Assembly (NCBI GenBank): GCA_049724395.1
Contig: JAUGWO010000014.1
Location: 1-64,000 of the forward strand
Origin: Spongospora subterranea f. sp. subterranea
Lineage: Eukaryota
Length of the DNA: 64,000 nt
Reading direction: 5' to 3'
Of the stretch, positions 25,958 through 40,489 are shown piece by piece. How positions within the stretch are numbered: position 1 is the first letter of the stretch; each line of letters opens with the position of its first letter. The translations under genes and the position numbers were made by a program. The notes beneath the pieces are model-generated. The model was not told the origin of the DNA and ran no database searches. It saw only the letters and a program-made list of their open reading frames with translations.

Positions 25958-26128
25958 AATTTTTGTTTTGTTGAAAAAAATGACCAAAATATGGAATCCG
26001 AAAGCGCAATGCAATCCAGCTGTAGAAGATATTTTGTTACCTTTGCGCGTGCCTGATTATCCACCTCTCAAAATTGACGGATTCTATGGCGCCGTAGTTC
26101 TCCGTCTGGTGTCTACCGACATTTCAAC

Positions 26129-26710
26129 ATGCCTTTGCTTGCCTCATCGCCATATCTTCTCTATCTAAATAGACCTGGCCCGGTGCGGGAGCCTAGACTC
26201 GACGATAGTCCAAGCCCATTGAACCAAATTCCGAATGCTCCAACGTCCTTACCAAACGATGCCCATCGTGCTCTTTTGATCCAAATTACGGCGAGACCGT
26301 TTGATAATAGTGCTGAAGATGAGGACGTTCGCTGTGCTTGGGGTCGATATACCCCAACTCCAGCAAAGCCATCGTCCGAGGCTTTCCTGAGGCGCAGGAA
26401 ACTGCAAAAATTTGCAAGGCGCCGTCCCACAATCCCGATCGGTGCTTATACTAAGGTTGTCGTTAGGGAATCTCGGGAACCAGTTGTGAAGCCCAACACG
26501 AAAGGAAACACTGGGCGAGTTCCATTAAGTTCGTTCAGGCTAGCGTTTAATGAGTTATCCCTTGAGTCTGGGGTACCTGGCTCAGGCACACAAAACTCTG
26601 TTATCGGGCCATCACAATACTTAGAACTACTTCAAAAGTACAGACACGGTAATAGCGGCCGGAGGCGAAGGCGGCTAGCTCAGGAAAAACTCCCAAATCG
26701 AAGGCCATAA
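26129..26710 (+). CDS. Hypothetical basic protein
   Basis: 193-aa ORF only; no recognised domain. Confidence 0.3.
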   Translation: MPLLASSPYLLYLNRPGPVREPRLDDSPSPLNQIPNAPTSLPNDAHRALLIQITARPFDNSAEDEDVRCAWGRYTPTPAKPSSEAFLRRRKLQKFARRRPTIPIGAYTKVVVRESREPVVKPNTKGNTGRVPLSSFRLAFNELSLESGVPGSGTQNSVIGPSQYLELLQKYRHGNSGRRRRRLAQEKLPNRRP

Positions 26711-27302
26711 CTTGAAGTGATGTAATAATTATATATATGTCGATTTTTTAGTCACCAACGGCAGTGCCAAAATCCTTTCGTCAAAAATCTCAGCCGACAT
26801 CCAAAGGAGTTAGTCCTTGGATTTTGATAAACTTGTCGTGCAATTTCGCTGTGTCAGAAAATCCGAACTGGCGAAATATTTGGTTCTGGAGTTAACCGCA
26901 AGCAGATCCGATATGATCGAGACTGGTTAAAAACACGCTGATATTATTTTTCAAAAAACCGAGGTGATAGTGTAGCATGTAAGAATGCGATTTTGGGCGA
27001 AATCCATCAATGTAAAGACAACGATAAATAGTGTCAACATTGGGAGTCGATCATCGCTGTGAATCTGATCCTGAACGAAAAACAGCTCTGATCAACAGAT
27101 TGGGTTCAATGTAGTGTAGTTAGCGGTTTCCCAACTAGAGTCTGCGAGAAAAACACAACGTCGATAATGTTACCCCCCACACGGGATTCATGACCGTTAC
27201 CGACTTAATGTGAGTTTAAGTTCACCCTATTCACAGCAGATCGCGAATATGCTGTGGTGATGATCGTTAGGTCATAGCCGGGGCTCTAGAACCACGTCAA
27301 CC

Positions 27303-30166
27303 ATGGAAGCGGGCGAGCCGGCTTCGGATGCCACCGTGCTGGTGGGGCTGGTCGAAGCTGGTGGGCCCGTAAGTACGTCGATCAAGGCTGTCCTGGATAG
27401 GTCCATGTTCGCCACGTACGATACGTGTATTCGCGCACATATTAGGCAGAAAGATGGACTAATTGCACGACTTTGTTCATCTCATTATCAAGAATTCATC
27501 GATTCAATCGACTCGCTGATTACAGTCAAAGCCGATATTCGGGCTTTGGATGATCGCATACAACAGGTTAATGGCGAATTGCAAGAAAGCGGCAAAGATC
27601 TGATCGAAGTCGCAACAAGGCAGCTTGCTTGGAGAATAACATCACAAGCTTTATCTAAGGCGAAACGATCGGTTACCATTTGCATCCGGGCTTTAGAACA
27701 AATAGGAAAGGCTCAAGTTGCAGTATCGCAAGGTCAATTAATGAATGCTTTGAAATACGCTGATGCGGCAGAACGCGAAATACGAGGATCAGTTCCCGAC
27801 CACGCCCGCATTTCTTCCATCATTGAAGGAACGATGATTCCTGCAACTATAAGTATTGTCAAGGATCGTGTTAAAGCCGATACAGATATTTGGTTTGAGC
27901 AAGCGCAAACGAAATCACCTCAAATTGGTGCCTGGGCCATCATTAATATGGAGCGTCGCGTACGCCAAGAGATGGCCAAGGAGTCCAAGCGCCGTCATCA
28001 ACGTATGCAAGTTCTTCTCAATTCTGTCAGCGACTCAAGCGAAGTATTTTTCTGTAGATCTCACGAGTTTTCCTTTTGTAGGGCGACCCTGATTTGGATG
28101 TTTCCAGTCTTAGTTCAGCAGTTTGTGATGCCGTCGATATTGATAGTGCCGTACCGGATGAGGATATATTCGAGCGAATTGCATTTGAGTTCAACGCTGT
28201 TTATGACGCGTTACACATTTACGAAACGCTGAATATTCCTCATGTCTTTACCAGTCAGTATTCTGAGCGTAGGAGTACTCAGGCAACGCAGGTCCAGCTT
28301 AACCGGCCAACAACAACGTGACAATTTATTAATTTCTTCATCAGTGTGTCCAATATCAAGCGCCATCTGACACTTCCAAGCTATTGTCCAGCATTTCGCC
28401 ATATTTCGCCGGTGTTGCAGGGTTTTTTATCATTGAAGATTCAATATTCAAATCGGGAAATCAACTAATGATCAGGTTTCTTTTTTTGCCGTGTTGACAT
28501 TGCTCAGTTCGATGCATTAAGCATTTTTTTACTTTCAAGAAGTACAAAGTCAATGACCTACCAGTCTTGTAGGTCTTCGATGAGAGCTCTCTGTGGGAGA
28601 TGGCTGTTTCCTCTATAAAAGTTGCTCTACTCGAGCAGCTAACGAGCACACTCTCTCCTAGTGACATGCTAGAACTCAAGCATCAAATTATTCTTTTCTG
28701 TCGCACAATGGATACTTATTCACTTAACACGACTCCTCTTACAATATTTATGGCTTCCCACCGCGATAAATATGAGGAAGTCCTCGTCAATCAATTTAAG
28801 TCTGAACTAGGTAAGCCTTTGTTACTTCACAGAATGGCAGACTGATTTGTTCTTTCAGAAATTGTCTTTGCTAAAGAGAAATTTGAACCGCTGCAAATTG
28901 ATAACGCAGAAGATTATAACAAACTCGTGGTGGCGTACAATTTAGAGTAACGCTAATGCTGTCACAGCCCATCTATGTCTGATTTTCATTAACAGTGCTT
29001 CTCTACCTGTTAATGAATCGAAACAGTTTCCTTTACGCGTCCCATTTTCCGCTTCGGTGCCGCAGATCTGTCGCTTTGTCAAGCATTACATAGCAGACTA
29101 TTTTTCTGTAAACTTCACATCTTAGCCGCTTTCCGTCGTAGCTCATGTTTGTTTCTCTTACTCTCAGTTTGCAGCTTCACTTCCCGATATGTTCGCTTTA
29201 ATCAGTCGGTCTATTGATGAGCTGTTATCAAATTCTGTCAATGCGAAGCTCAATGCCATTCTCGATGACCCTCATTCCTTGAATGTATTTTCCTTTCTCT
29301 CTTTACATACTCAGACCTTAGCTCTTGGAATTAGGTATCACAAGCGGTACAGGTTGCTGTCAATGCTGATTATTTAGTCATGGCTTGTAATTTTTTTGAA
29401 CGCTTTACTATGGTTTTCTTGGACCCAAAGTACTATGTTAAACCCGTTACTCTAACTGCTCGTGCATCCTTTGCCGATACAAGGACGCGAGGCGAGGACT
29501 CGATTTTTGATGTATTTTATGTCTCTTTTCTCTTGACTGATTTCTCGCTCATCAAATCGACAGGTCATTGACAAGAAGATTGCGGAAATGCTGGACCTCT
29601 TGACTGGAACTATTGACTGGTGTCCTCAGAACCCTCAGACTGGCCCTTGCGATACAGTCCAAATGCTTGTTTCTTTCTTAGAAACCACGATGAACTGTAC
29701 TCAGTATATGCCAGCTAGCGTCCGTACTGCTGTTCATTTCGCTTCATGCCGAGCGATTAGCCGGATATTTGTACAGTTAGCTCACGATGCACAACATATT
29801 AATGTACTTGGTATATACAATCTTGATCAAGATGTACGCTTTTTGGAAGGTTATGCGATCAAGACAGCGATCCCCAACCTTCAAGAAGCGTTTATCCATT
29901 TACGGCAGCTCATTAAACTTTTTACCAAACCAGTTGAACAACTTCTTGATGAAAATATTCGTCGATCTGAATTTTCTTTGGTGCCACCAGTAAAAATTGC
30001 ATTTTACCTGGACAAGTATACTATCTACATTGTATCTAAGTTCACGAAAATAACGGTTATTTTTAGGCTAAAGGAAGTACCGTTTCTCAGTGTTATCCCC
30101 CCAGAGGTTCCGAAAATTGCGAAAAAGAACGTGGAAATGGTAGCAAAAAAGCTTAGGCATTTATAA
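27303..30166 (+). CDS. SEC15: Exocyst complex component Sec15/EXOC6, multi-exon
   Basis: IARLCSSHYQEFIDSIDSL at the N-terminus, GFFIIE motif, and GIYNLDQDVRFLE...LRQLIKLF at the C-terminus. Confidence 0.88.
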
Positions 30167-31736
30167 CCACTGCAAACCAATCTTTGCAGAGCCTGATTAT
30201 ATTCACCATTAAACCACGTTGACATGCACAATAAAGGGCCGGGTCAATGCTCTAGATTGGCTTGGTCAAATATATTGTTTGTTTATTTTACTTCCAACCC
30301 TATTTCAACAAAGCTGGATGCTTGTAGGGTGGAAGCTACATTAATTCTTGGTGCGTACATCTCACATGAATAAAAATGCTCGTTTTTGATTTGCAATGCT
30401 TCCTTCAAGCGCCCGACACTATCTAACCGCATCTCCTATTGCATAACACAGATGACTAACAGTTGGTTGATAAACGGAAACTTTGATGGTAAAAAAACAA
30501 AACATGAAAACTGTGTCAAATGGGCCACACTCGCCTCAAGTTGGGCAATATGTTTTCTACCGTCATAAAGATGCGAAGGACTTGCCATCCGACCATTACA
30601 GATGATACTCATGCAATCAGGATCAGACATACTTCAACGCTTTTCGTGAACACGCAGAAAACCCATGCATTCCAAACGGGACATCGCCATCAGTGGCATT
30701 CAGCAGACGTGTATGTAGAATGCTCTTTGCACGTTCAGCCGTCTCGAGGCGACCCCTCGCAAGCCTATCTGAATGAAAGAAGTTCAAAAATTTGAAAGAG
30801 AACGAAACCCAAAAACAAGCGTGGCTGCACAAACGTCAATGATAGACTACGTCGCAGGTCCATAACACGACTCTTCATATTCGTATTCCTTTGTCCAGGC
30901 TAAAAGTTTCAAATCCTCGGATGCAAGTTTCATCCTAAACCTGGAGCGCCTGACTACAAACCTTATGCCAATTTCGATTGGCTGGGGTGTTGGTCAGGGC
31001 TAAATCATTTTTGTCAACAGGTGCACTACAATGGGAAAATCAGGGTGTTCATCCTCGTTCAGCGTTTCTCCTATATAAACGGTTATACATACTGGGGAAG
31101 CGAAGACATTTCAGATCTGTCGAACAACATGACTCGGCTGAACAAAGCATGATCATGATATACTTAAAAAGGAGGCGTCTGGTAATTCTAAAATGAACCA
31201 GTCCCAGCAACTAAAACCAAACATACACGATTGTTTGGTTGATTTATTTGTACATTCGACCGACCAGTCAAATGATCACATATGTTGCTACACGTGCAGA
31301 TTGTGGTTGCAATGGGATCGCTTTTCGAATTGTGACTCTGGCCTTGACGCTAATGATTCAATTCATTATCGTACAACAAAACTGCAAAAAAGAAAAAAAA
31401 TCGAGTTTTCGATTTTGAGCTTTGTTAACGTCCTTCAAAAGACAGAAACAATCTGCGTCGCAACAGACCTGATGTATTCTCGAGATAAATGATTGTCGCA
31501 AGCAACAGGTGACAAGCGCGATGGCAATTTGATGACCCAGACGCAACCTGACAGCACGTCCGGCTGGGCGTCACCTCAGTGGAGCAAATGTGCATTTTCC
31601 ACGCGCGCGGAAAAAAATTACATAGGCGCTGAACTGTGAGTCCTGGTGTACATTCCAGCTGCACTTGCCCTGGCGCGGCCGCCGGTCGTCGGCGTGGCCT
31701 CATGTTGGGTCTTTGTCACAATCTACGGCGGGTGCA

Positions 31737-32333
31737 ATGTCGAAACTGGACGACTATGCATTTAATCTCAGGTTCATGTCGAAAACCTTGGCCCGGCAGT
31801 CGACCAAAATGGAGAAAGAGGAGAAGGCGTCGAAGTTGAAGTGCAAAAAAGCGATCGAGAAAGGCAACGTTGATGGCGCCAAGATCTACGCCCAGAACGC
31901 AATCAGACAGAAGAATGAGGCCCTGAATTATCTTCGGCTAAGTAGCCGTATAGATAGTGTCGCATCCAGAGTGCAATCTGCAGCTAAGACTGCCAATTTA
32001 ACCAAAGCAATGGGTGGTGTTGTCAAGAATATGGACCAGGCTATGAAGTCCATGAACATAGAACTGGTCTCGCAAACAATGGACAAGTTTGAACAGCAAT
32101 TCGAAGATCTGGATGTTCGCGCCGACTATATGGAGAACGCCATGTCGTCGTCAACGGCAATGACAACCCCAGATGATCAAGTCCAACAGTTGATGCAACA
32201 GGTCGCCGATGAGTACAATCTAGAGTTCTCGTCGAACCTAAACGATGTCAACGTGGGAAAGTCAAAAGAGAAAGCCGAGGAGAAAGAGGATCACGTACTG
32301 GAAGAACGTTTGAAAAGGCTTCAGGGAATCTAG
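31737..32333 (+). CDS. CHMP1: ESCRT-III CHMP1/Did2/Vps46
   Basis: FNLRFMSKTL...GAKIYAQNAIR...MDKFEQQFEDLDV...EERLKRL; the likely start is MSKLDD. Confidence 0.93.
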   Translation: MSKLDDYAFNLRFMSKTLARQSTKMEKEEKASKLKCKKAIEKGNVDGAKIYAQNAIRQKNEALNYLRLSSRIDSVASRVQSAAKTANLTKAMGGVVKNMDQAMKSMNIELVSQTMDKFEQQFEDLDVRADYMENAMSSSTAMTTPDDQVQQLMQQVADEYNLEFSSNLNDVNVGKSKEKAEEKEDHVLEERLKRLQGI

Positions 32334-34253
32334 GAAAACTAATGCTTTATTTCTTAAATTTATCATAATTATTCGTTGAAACCTGGAACGATGCTCGTCC
32401 TAAATAATGTCGAACATATTCCGTTCTGTAGCCAGACGTCTTGCATCCACTTCACCTGAATCAAACGTCGCCAAATCAGAGGCTGGTCGAATGGTTTAGT
32501 TGCCACAGCCCAATAGGCACAGGGTTGACGATTTCGTTTACTGATGCCGTCAATGACGATTGCTTTTCGATTTCTGCAACCTTCTTTGGCAGACATCCTG
32601 AGCAGATGATGTAGATTGCGACGAGCGACTTTCGCGCGCTCCAAAAATGTTTGAGAGCGGCATCACTTGATTTCCATGAACGATCTGGAACGCGATTCGT
32701 ATTGTGGCGAACTTGACAACAATCTACCGATATGTTGGATTGATTAGCTGAACTCTGGTTCATGAAATTACACCCGTTTTTCATCCGCCGTCAATGGCGA
32801 ATCGCAGCTCGAAACCGCATTCAAGTGGCGTCCTGCTGACCGATATGGACCCTTTCAGGTTGCCCAAGACCGCAGCCCGGTCATCATTTGGCCAATCTGG
32901 TCCGGTCATGGCGCCATTCAACCCGTTTTCTGCACCAAGCAATCTCGAAGGGTGTTTACCCCCCAACAAGCGGCACCACTATCTAGGTTGACTACGGTTG
33001 ATGGAGGATTGGCGAAAACCACTGGGGACGAGTCGTGTCAGTGCGAGAGAAATGAACTCAACGAATCAAAACGCCCAGGTTTCTGCGGCTTAAAATTACA
33101 CTTGAGACCTGAGAGCTGTGGACCGAATTACAGGTTTTGTGAGCTCGCGCAGCTGTACATACATGGAATACAGGATCAAAAGACGTTGATTTTGATAGCT
33201 CGTAATCAACGGGTTTATGACGTTGAGACTGCGACAACGACAATTCACCAATCCGAGTCAGACCCTGTAGTTGTCATCTATTGTATCATCTCGAGCTTCG
33301 TTCAGCCCTACTCTCTCTCTCTCGGTGGTCTTCCCTCGTATTAATCCCTTGTCCACCTTGGCGTTAGTTCCATACCAGTCAAAGGAGCCCCATGCGAGAT
33401 CCATTTTATCGACAGCAGTTTTCTGACAGCGCATTCCCCACGACGAGCAAACGCGCCACCTCAGCAACGAATTCCGACGATCATCGACATGTTGCCCCTT
33501 CGACCTCTGCCGAATCCGTTCCAGGTACCCCAAATGGCCGCCCTGGGGTCTTCACTACTGCATCTGACCGTTGTTGAGATCCGCTGACGTCACCGGTGTC
33601 GTCATTTGCTCGGGAATCCTTCGCCGTATTTGTTATCCAAACCCGTTGTTTGCCGACATGGTGTCACCATCGTAGACCATCATTGAGCATCGCTGCTGTG
33701 ATCGCATCGGTTACGATGTTGACACCATAGCGGCAATACTGGGGTTCGGATAACAGATATGGCGAAGATTATTCTCCTGTTCCTGCATCAGCGCACTGAA
33801 AAATACTGCAAACGACGGCATGGTGACGCCAGCAGATTGAGGGTGTTGATCTGCTGCTACTGGGGCCAGACAATATCATGATTGATATAGCCTGTTTGAA
33901 GACTTACTTTTACCAGCGTCATCAAATATAACATCTGCTGCAGAACCCCTCGGAAGGGGCTCCAACTGACTAATATCTGGCGGAACAAGGGTACAGTTTG
34001 GACTAGGGCGATACTCTATCGCCATGTGTATCTCGATCAGCCAATCGCGATACGACCTCTCGAACCCCAACATAGTGTTGATGAGGGTCCGAGTCATCAA
34101 CAAGATTCACTCAATCAACGCCGGTCAGGAACGCGGCGAAACGACGTGTTTTTTCAAAACTCAATCCTGTTGGTCAGGAAAACTGCGTGACGGACTCCGG
34201 GACGGCAAGGTGCTCTCCTTAATTCCAAGGTCAAAAATCATTGGCGCATCAAC

Positions 34254-35885
34254 ATGCGGCTTCTAATCGAATACTCGGCCCCGTGCCCTGAGCCGATCGT
34301 GTTGAGATCGTGCTCCGAATTCCAGATCAAGAACGTCGAGCAAGCGGGCCGCGCTTGCCACCATCGACTCCATGGAATCACCCAATCCGCCGTCGCTCGT
34401 AAACCTGTGAAGAAGGTCGCACCGAAAGCCGCCAAGCGCCCGGTTGCCAACCTGAACGTCGACCTCACCGATTTCTATGGCCTTCTGCAGCTCAAGAAGA
34501 CCGCCAATTTCGACGAGATTCGCGCCGCGTATCGCTCAATATCCCTCATCTACCACCCCGACAAAAACCCGGACGCCGAACACGTATACAAAGCGATTCA
34601 GGAGGCGCACACGACGCTGACGGATATTCGCCGCCGACGCGTCTACGATTCCACGCTCAGTTTCGACGATAGTATTCCTGCCGACGTCTCCACGATCACC
34701 CCCGAGGCCTTCTTCAAGCAGTTCGGTCCGTGCTTTGATCGCAACGCGTGGTTCTCTGAGGCGCAGCCGGCGCCGTTGCTGGGAACGGCCGAGACCTCGT
34801 TCGATGACGTCGACAACTTCTACGACTTCTGGTTTTCGTTCAAATCGTGGAGGGATTTCTCGGCGGACTGCGAGCACAAGCCCGAACTGGCTGAGAATCG
34901 TGAAGAGCGTCGATGGATGGAGAAGGAAAACCAGAAGGTCACGAACGCCAAGGTCAAAGCCGAAGCTCAACGAATCAGGAAGATAGTTGATCGCGCCTTC
35001 AAGCTTGATCCTCGTGTGAAAGCCCAACGCGCGTTTGAAAAAGAAGAGAAGTTGAGGAAAAAGAAGGAGAAGACGGCAAGCCGCTTCGGAGTCCAGAAAC
35101 CGGTTGAAGAAGACCGGGAAGCTCTCAAGCAGGCCGAAGCAGCAAAAGCGACCGCTGAGGAAGAAGCGAAAACTGCCAAGAAGGCGGCGCAAGACGAGAA
35201 GCGACTCGCCCGAACACTGAGAAAATCCGTTCGTGAACTGATCAGCTCTAACTATAATGAGATTGTTGAGCGTGGTGGGTGGCTAATCGACGATCTTGTT
35301 CAAGGGCTCAGCAATGTGCAATTGAATGAGTTCATCAGCAAGCTCCAGGATTCCGCCGACGCTGCCGATGCGATCTGTGGGCACATCCGTCGTGTGTACG
35401 ATGGCGCTCAACCGTCTCCGGACCATTCCCCAGTTCGGCCGGCTAGCAAGGAAACCCCTGCGCCTCCCGCTCAATCGGAAGAGTCTCGCTCTGAGACGCC
35501 GTCGACGTGGTCAGTGCAGGAGCTCCATCTTCTGGCGCAAACCTGTCAGCGATATCCACCCGGTACTCCAGAGCGATGGGCAACGATTGCCAAGGTGATC
35601 AAAGGCCGATCTCAAGAGGAAGTGATGGAGAAAGCCAAGTCGCTGGCGAAGGGTTGCACTGGCGGTAGCGCCGGGGCGACGTCGCAAACGAAGACGACAG
35701 GTCTTGATGGATGGTCGGCCGCACAGCATGCTCAGTTCGAGGAGGCGCTGAAACAGGTTCCTGATAAGATTCATGATCGATGGGCGGTCATCGCCAAACG
35801 GGTTCAAGGCAAGACCAAAGTCCAATGCGTTGAACGATTCAAGGCCCTCAGGGCACAGGTATTGCAGGCCCAGGGCTCCGTCTGA
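34254..35885 (+). CDS. DNAJC2: DNAJC2/zuotin/MPP11 (J domain, ZHD, two SANT domains)
   Basis: HPDK J-domain, FYDFWFSFKSWRDF, AENREERRWMEKEN, and two C-terminal SANT repeats. Confidence 0.93.
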   Translation: MRLLIEYSAPCPEPIVLRSCSEFQIKNVEQAGRACHHRLHGITQSAVARKPVKKVAPKAAKRPVANLNVDLTDFYGLLQLKKTANFDEIRAAYRSISLIYHPDKNPDAEHVYKAIQEAHTTLTDIRRRRVYDSTLSFDDSIPADVSTITPEAFFKQFGPCFDRNAWFSEAQPAPLLGTAETSFDDVDNFYDFWFSFKSWRDFSADCEHKPELAENREERRWMEKENQKVTNAKVKAEAQRIRKIVDRAFKLDPRVKAQRAFEKEEKLRKKKEKTASRFGVQKPVEEDREALKQAEAAKATAEEEAKTAKKAAQDEKRLARTLRKSVRELISSNYNEIVERGGWLIDDLVQGLSNVQLNEFISKLQDSADAADAICGHIRRVYDGAQPSPDHSPVRPASKETPAPPAQSEESRSETPSTWSVQELHLLAQTCQRYPPGTPERWATIAKVIKGRSQEEVMEKAKSLAKGCTGGSAGATSQTKTTGLDGWSAAQHAQFEEALKQVPDKIHDRWAVIAKRVQGKTKVQCVERFKALRAQVLQAQGSV

Positions 35886-36665
35886 TTCCACCTATCGATC
35901 TATGTTTTATACAATTCTGTACAGCATTTCCTTTAATCGCTGATTGACCCTTGAAATTCGTAGTTCCAGCGAATTTGGTGAATGTTGCTATACGTCGTGT
36001 TAGAAATGTCAACAGATTTGATTCGGAGTTGGCCTCGGTGTTTAGCGAACACGTTGGTTGGCGAGATCATTGGACAGGAATCGAGACGATATAGAGTCAA
36101 CAATGGTTTCGGCGGGCCGAACGATTGTCGGATCATCAACATCGATTCAAATAATGAGCCCATTCGGCAACGTCGGAGCCTGATCCGCCCAAACCGGATC
36201 CATTGAAAACAACCGTTCAGGTCCTGCTTTGAGTAATTGCATAAATTTGAAACGACGCTAAACCAGCTCCACAACCCCTCGAAAACTCTTGTCTAGGTCG
36301 TGGGTGCCTATGATCCGACGCCGGAGCGTCCTCACCGCGACATCCATGATTTGGGAAACGGCCAGTGATTCCACCAGCTCCGCGTTGATCCTGGACATAA
36401 AAAACCTACTGATTCGGCATCTGTTCAGAAGGTAATTAAGTGATGGATTGGTTCTTCCGCGTGGTATTTCTGCGTAAATGTCGCCACCGACATTGCAACT
36501 GGCGTACAGTAGTCGGTATTAATTGCGACAGTTTACGTTATGTCTGTTATGTTACGGCATGAAGTTCTCAATCGGATCACTGTTGTAACTCGATCTTCAT
36601 CTTCAAAGTCGATCTCGTGTGTGTGTGTCGTTGTTGTGATTCGGCCGAGAAGGTGTCGGGGTCGG

Positions 36666-37998
36666 ATGGGTGGCGTGGAGGACGAAGCGGCGTACGACGG
36701 GTCACTCACCAACCGCGCAGCGGTGCTCCAGGCCGTCGATGACCTGGTAGTATGCGACATTCCCATGCCACCGGTCCCCGGCCCGGGCCAGGCGCTGGTC
36801 AGGGTCGAAGCCCTAGGGATATGTGGTTCCGACGTCCATTGTAAATGAAGTTGGACTCAGGTCTTCGTCATTTTCTTGATGGATATTACTGATGTAGACT
36901 GGAAACATGGAAGGATCGGCAATTTCGTCCTGGAAAGTCCAATGGTAATTGGACACGAATCTGCTGGTGAAATAGTCTCGATAGGGCCGAATGTCACAAA
37001 CATACAAATTGGTCAAAAAGTGGCTCTGGAACCTGGCCTGCCTTGCCGCCATTGCCACTTCTGTCACTCAGGACAGTATAACTTGTGTCCAGATATGAAG
37101 TTCTTCTCGACACCACCTGTGAACGGATCGCTTGCTCTTTACATACTTCATGACGCCGATTTTTGTCACCCTATTCCCGATAATATGACAGTTGAACAAG
37201 GAGCATTATGCGAACCGTTATCTGTCGGCGTATACGCATGCCAGCGCGGAAACGTCGTGCCTGGCGATACGGTCCTGATTTTCGGAGCGGGCCCAATCGG
37301 GTTAATCTCCATGATGGCTGCACGCGCATTTGGAGCGCACCATATCATCGTTGCAGATGTATCTCAAGTACTTAATTGTCTTTTTTATCAGTGTATCAAC
37401 TGTTTCGTCTGACGGTGATTGCTACAGAGTCGATTAGATTTCGCTCAACGCATAGGTGCCAACAGCACACTCAACGTAAAAGACAAACAGGAATCCGAAA
37501 TGGTTGCAGACTTGCTCAAACTGAACCTCGAAAGCCAGGTACGTAACGCATCCGATTATTCAGCAGTCCATATTTACCTTGAGTGTTGAAGTATTCCGTC
37601 AGCATCGATTGCTGTGGCTTCGAATCTGCTTTACGATCAGCAATACGGTGCACCCTATCCGGTGGAAGTGTTGTTATGGTCGGGATGGGGTGCCACGAAG
37701 ACACAACGTTGCCTTTGTTTAACGCAGCTTCTCGACAAGTCGATTTACGAGGAGTGTTTCGCGTATTTGCGACTACATGTGTTGAGGCTTGTACCAAAGT
37801 CTGATATCGCTATGATAGTATAGGAATACTTATCCAACATGCATTCGTCTGCAAGCCAATGGAATTGTTAACGCGATGCCTTTGATCACACATCGGTTCA
37901 ATCTACGAGGTCTCACTGACCAGAAAGCGTTAACAGAAGGTTTTGAGACAGCCAGAACTGGCAAGGATGGGGCCATCAAGGTGATGTTCAAATTGTAA
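36666..37998 (+). CDS. SORD: Sorbitol/xylitol dehydrogenase (Zn-MDR), multi-exon
   Basis: GICGSDVH, GHESAG, CRHCHFCHSGQYNLC, EPLSVGV, GAGPIG and IKVM. Confidence 0.9.
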
Positions 37999-38052
37999 TT
38001 GCGCAATGTGTATTCTTTCGCATCCTGTGTGCGATAAAACTGTAACCACGAG

Positions 38053-38918
<866 letters not shown>

Positions 38919-39033
38919 TGTCAGATATAATGAAAATATCTTACCTCAGGATCGATTTCCCGTGTCGTATCTCCATGGGGAGTCATTCAACGGTCTCAGT
39001 ATAGACATTGCAAAATACATCCTTAATTGGTTT

Positions 39034-39974
39034 TCATTGTTGGAGCCAAGAGTGGGATTGATGTTCATTCATCGCGTTCTGCTTGAGTCGAATCCACAAA
39101 TATGGTTCGCAACTGCCCTCCCCGAAGATCAACTGTGGAATGTGTTCAGCGACGACAGTTCCAGGGTACACACTCACGTGATTCGGCGATAGCTCCCAGG
39201 CCCATAGCGCTGAATCACCGCCACGTGCTTGATTGCCAATTATGCTCGCTAAAACACGCTTTGATCGCAATGACTTCCTGCTCCTTTTCGTCCTGAAAGA
39301 AGTCAAATGCACAAAGTGAACACAAAAGCTATTATAAATAATTTCTCAAAACTCCAGCGATTTTCAACTATCAACAAATCGATTAGCAAACCCCAACCCC
39401 ATCAGCTGCCATTTTTCTCAAGTTAGCATCAGGAGAGCGAAGTACGAACTATATGAGAATGGAACAATGAACAATAGCTCAAGGCATCATCACATTTTTG
39501 CTGGTCAAACACTATGTTAACTCGAACATGAAAAATAGAAGTTTAGATAGTGGAGGCCATGAGTGCTGGCTTCTGCGATATCACCAGTTTGTTGATCGCT
39601 GTGGTTGATTTAACGGGCTGGACGATGTTTCATCGCTGTTTTGGGTATAGAAAGCGGCCATCGTTTCCAGCAACTTGCCCAGCGAGACACGAAGTCGCCC
39701 AGATCGAATTTATCACGTTGAAGAACGTAGACGGATCACGAAGAAATCGGAATACGAATAAGACATGGAGCAAACCTATAGTGATGACATACAGATTACT
39801 CGTGTTGAAAAATGGCAGCATAGAAGGGCGGAGGGCGATGATAACTGCATCAGTCAAATCGAGCGATGAGGTAGAGGCGAAAAATTGAACTACATCAGAT
39901 GGAGTTGGCAATACGATGCTTAATGAATGTGGATGACAGGGGGGTGGATGACAGGGGATTGAATCGGTTTTCAA
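39034..39974 (-). CDS. Possible multi-exon membrane protein or pseudogene
   Basis: Hydrophobic ORF segments (LYVITIGLLHVLFVFRFL); gene structure is unresolved. Confidence 0.25.
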
Positions 39975-40404
39975 CTGGAACAGAAAAGGATAGGATAGGT
40001 TCTCATCTGGAACCGTAAATGCACAACACTTAACGTCGAGCAGCGATGTGCTCTGATTCTCAAACAGACGGCGTCTTTTTCCAGACCAAACAAAACCGGA
40101 ACAATTGTTTGCTTAAGTTTGATTGAACCGATCGTCAACGAGACGAAACGATGCTCAAAACCTTATTTGTAAATGCAATGAAATCACATTCAGTCAATCC
40201 CTTGACAACCCAATATCAGAGGATCCGATTACTTTGAAAACAGACTGAAGGCATGTACTCCATTAAAGTCGGGCAAGATAGTATGAAAGGCAACATGAGC
40301 GGATGACCCATGGTCCAAGATGGGATCAGGTATTGGATAAATAAAAAAGTCGAGAACAGAAATGATTACCATCCGTGTCTTCTCCTAAACGCCAACAAAA
40401 AAGC

Positions 40405-40476
40405 AGGCCCCGCGCAGACTCGAACTGCGGTTGCAGGAATCAGAACCCTGCGTGATAACCCCTACACTACGGAGCC
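40405..40476 (-). tRNA. tRNA-Gln(CTG)
   Basis: Reverse complement of the 25886-25957 gene, followed by a T6 terminator. Confidence 0.93.
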
Positions 40477-40489
40477 AATATATATCAAA

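Noticed and set aside
30250..34200. Minus-strand genes flanking CHMP1
   Set aside because: Fragmentary ORFs with no recognisable domain; I cannot support a model without transcripts.
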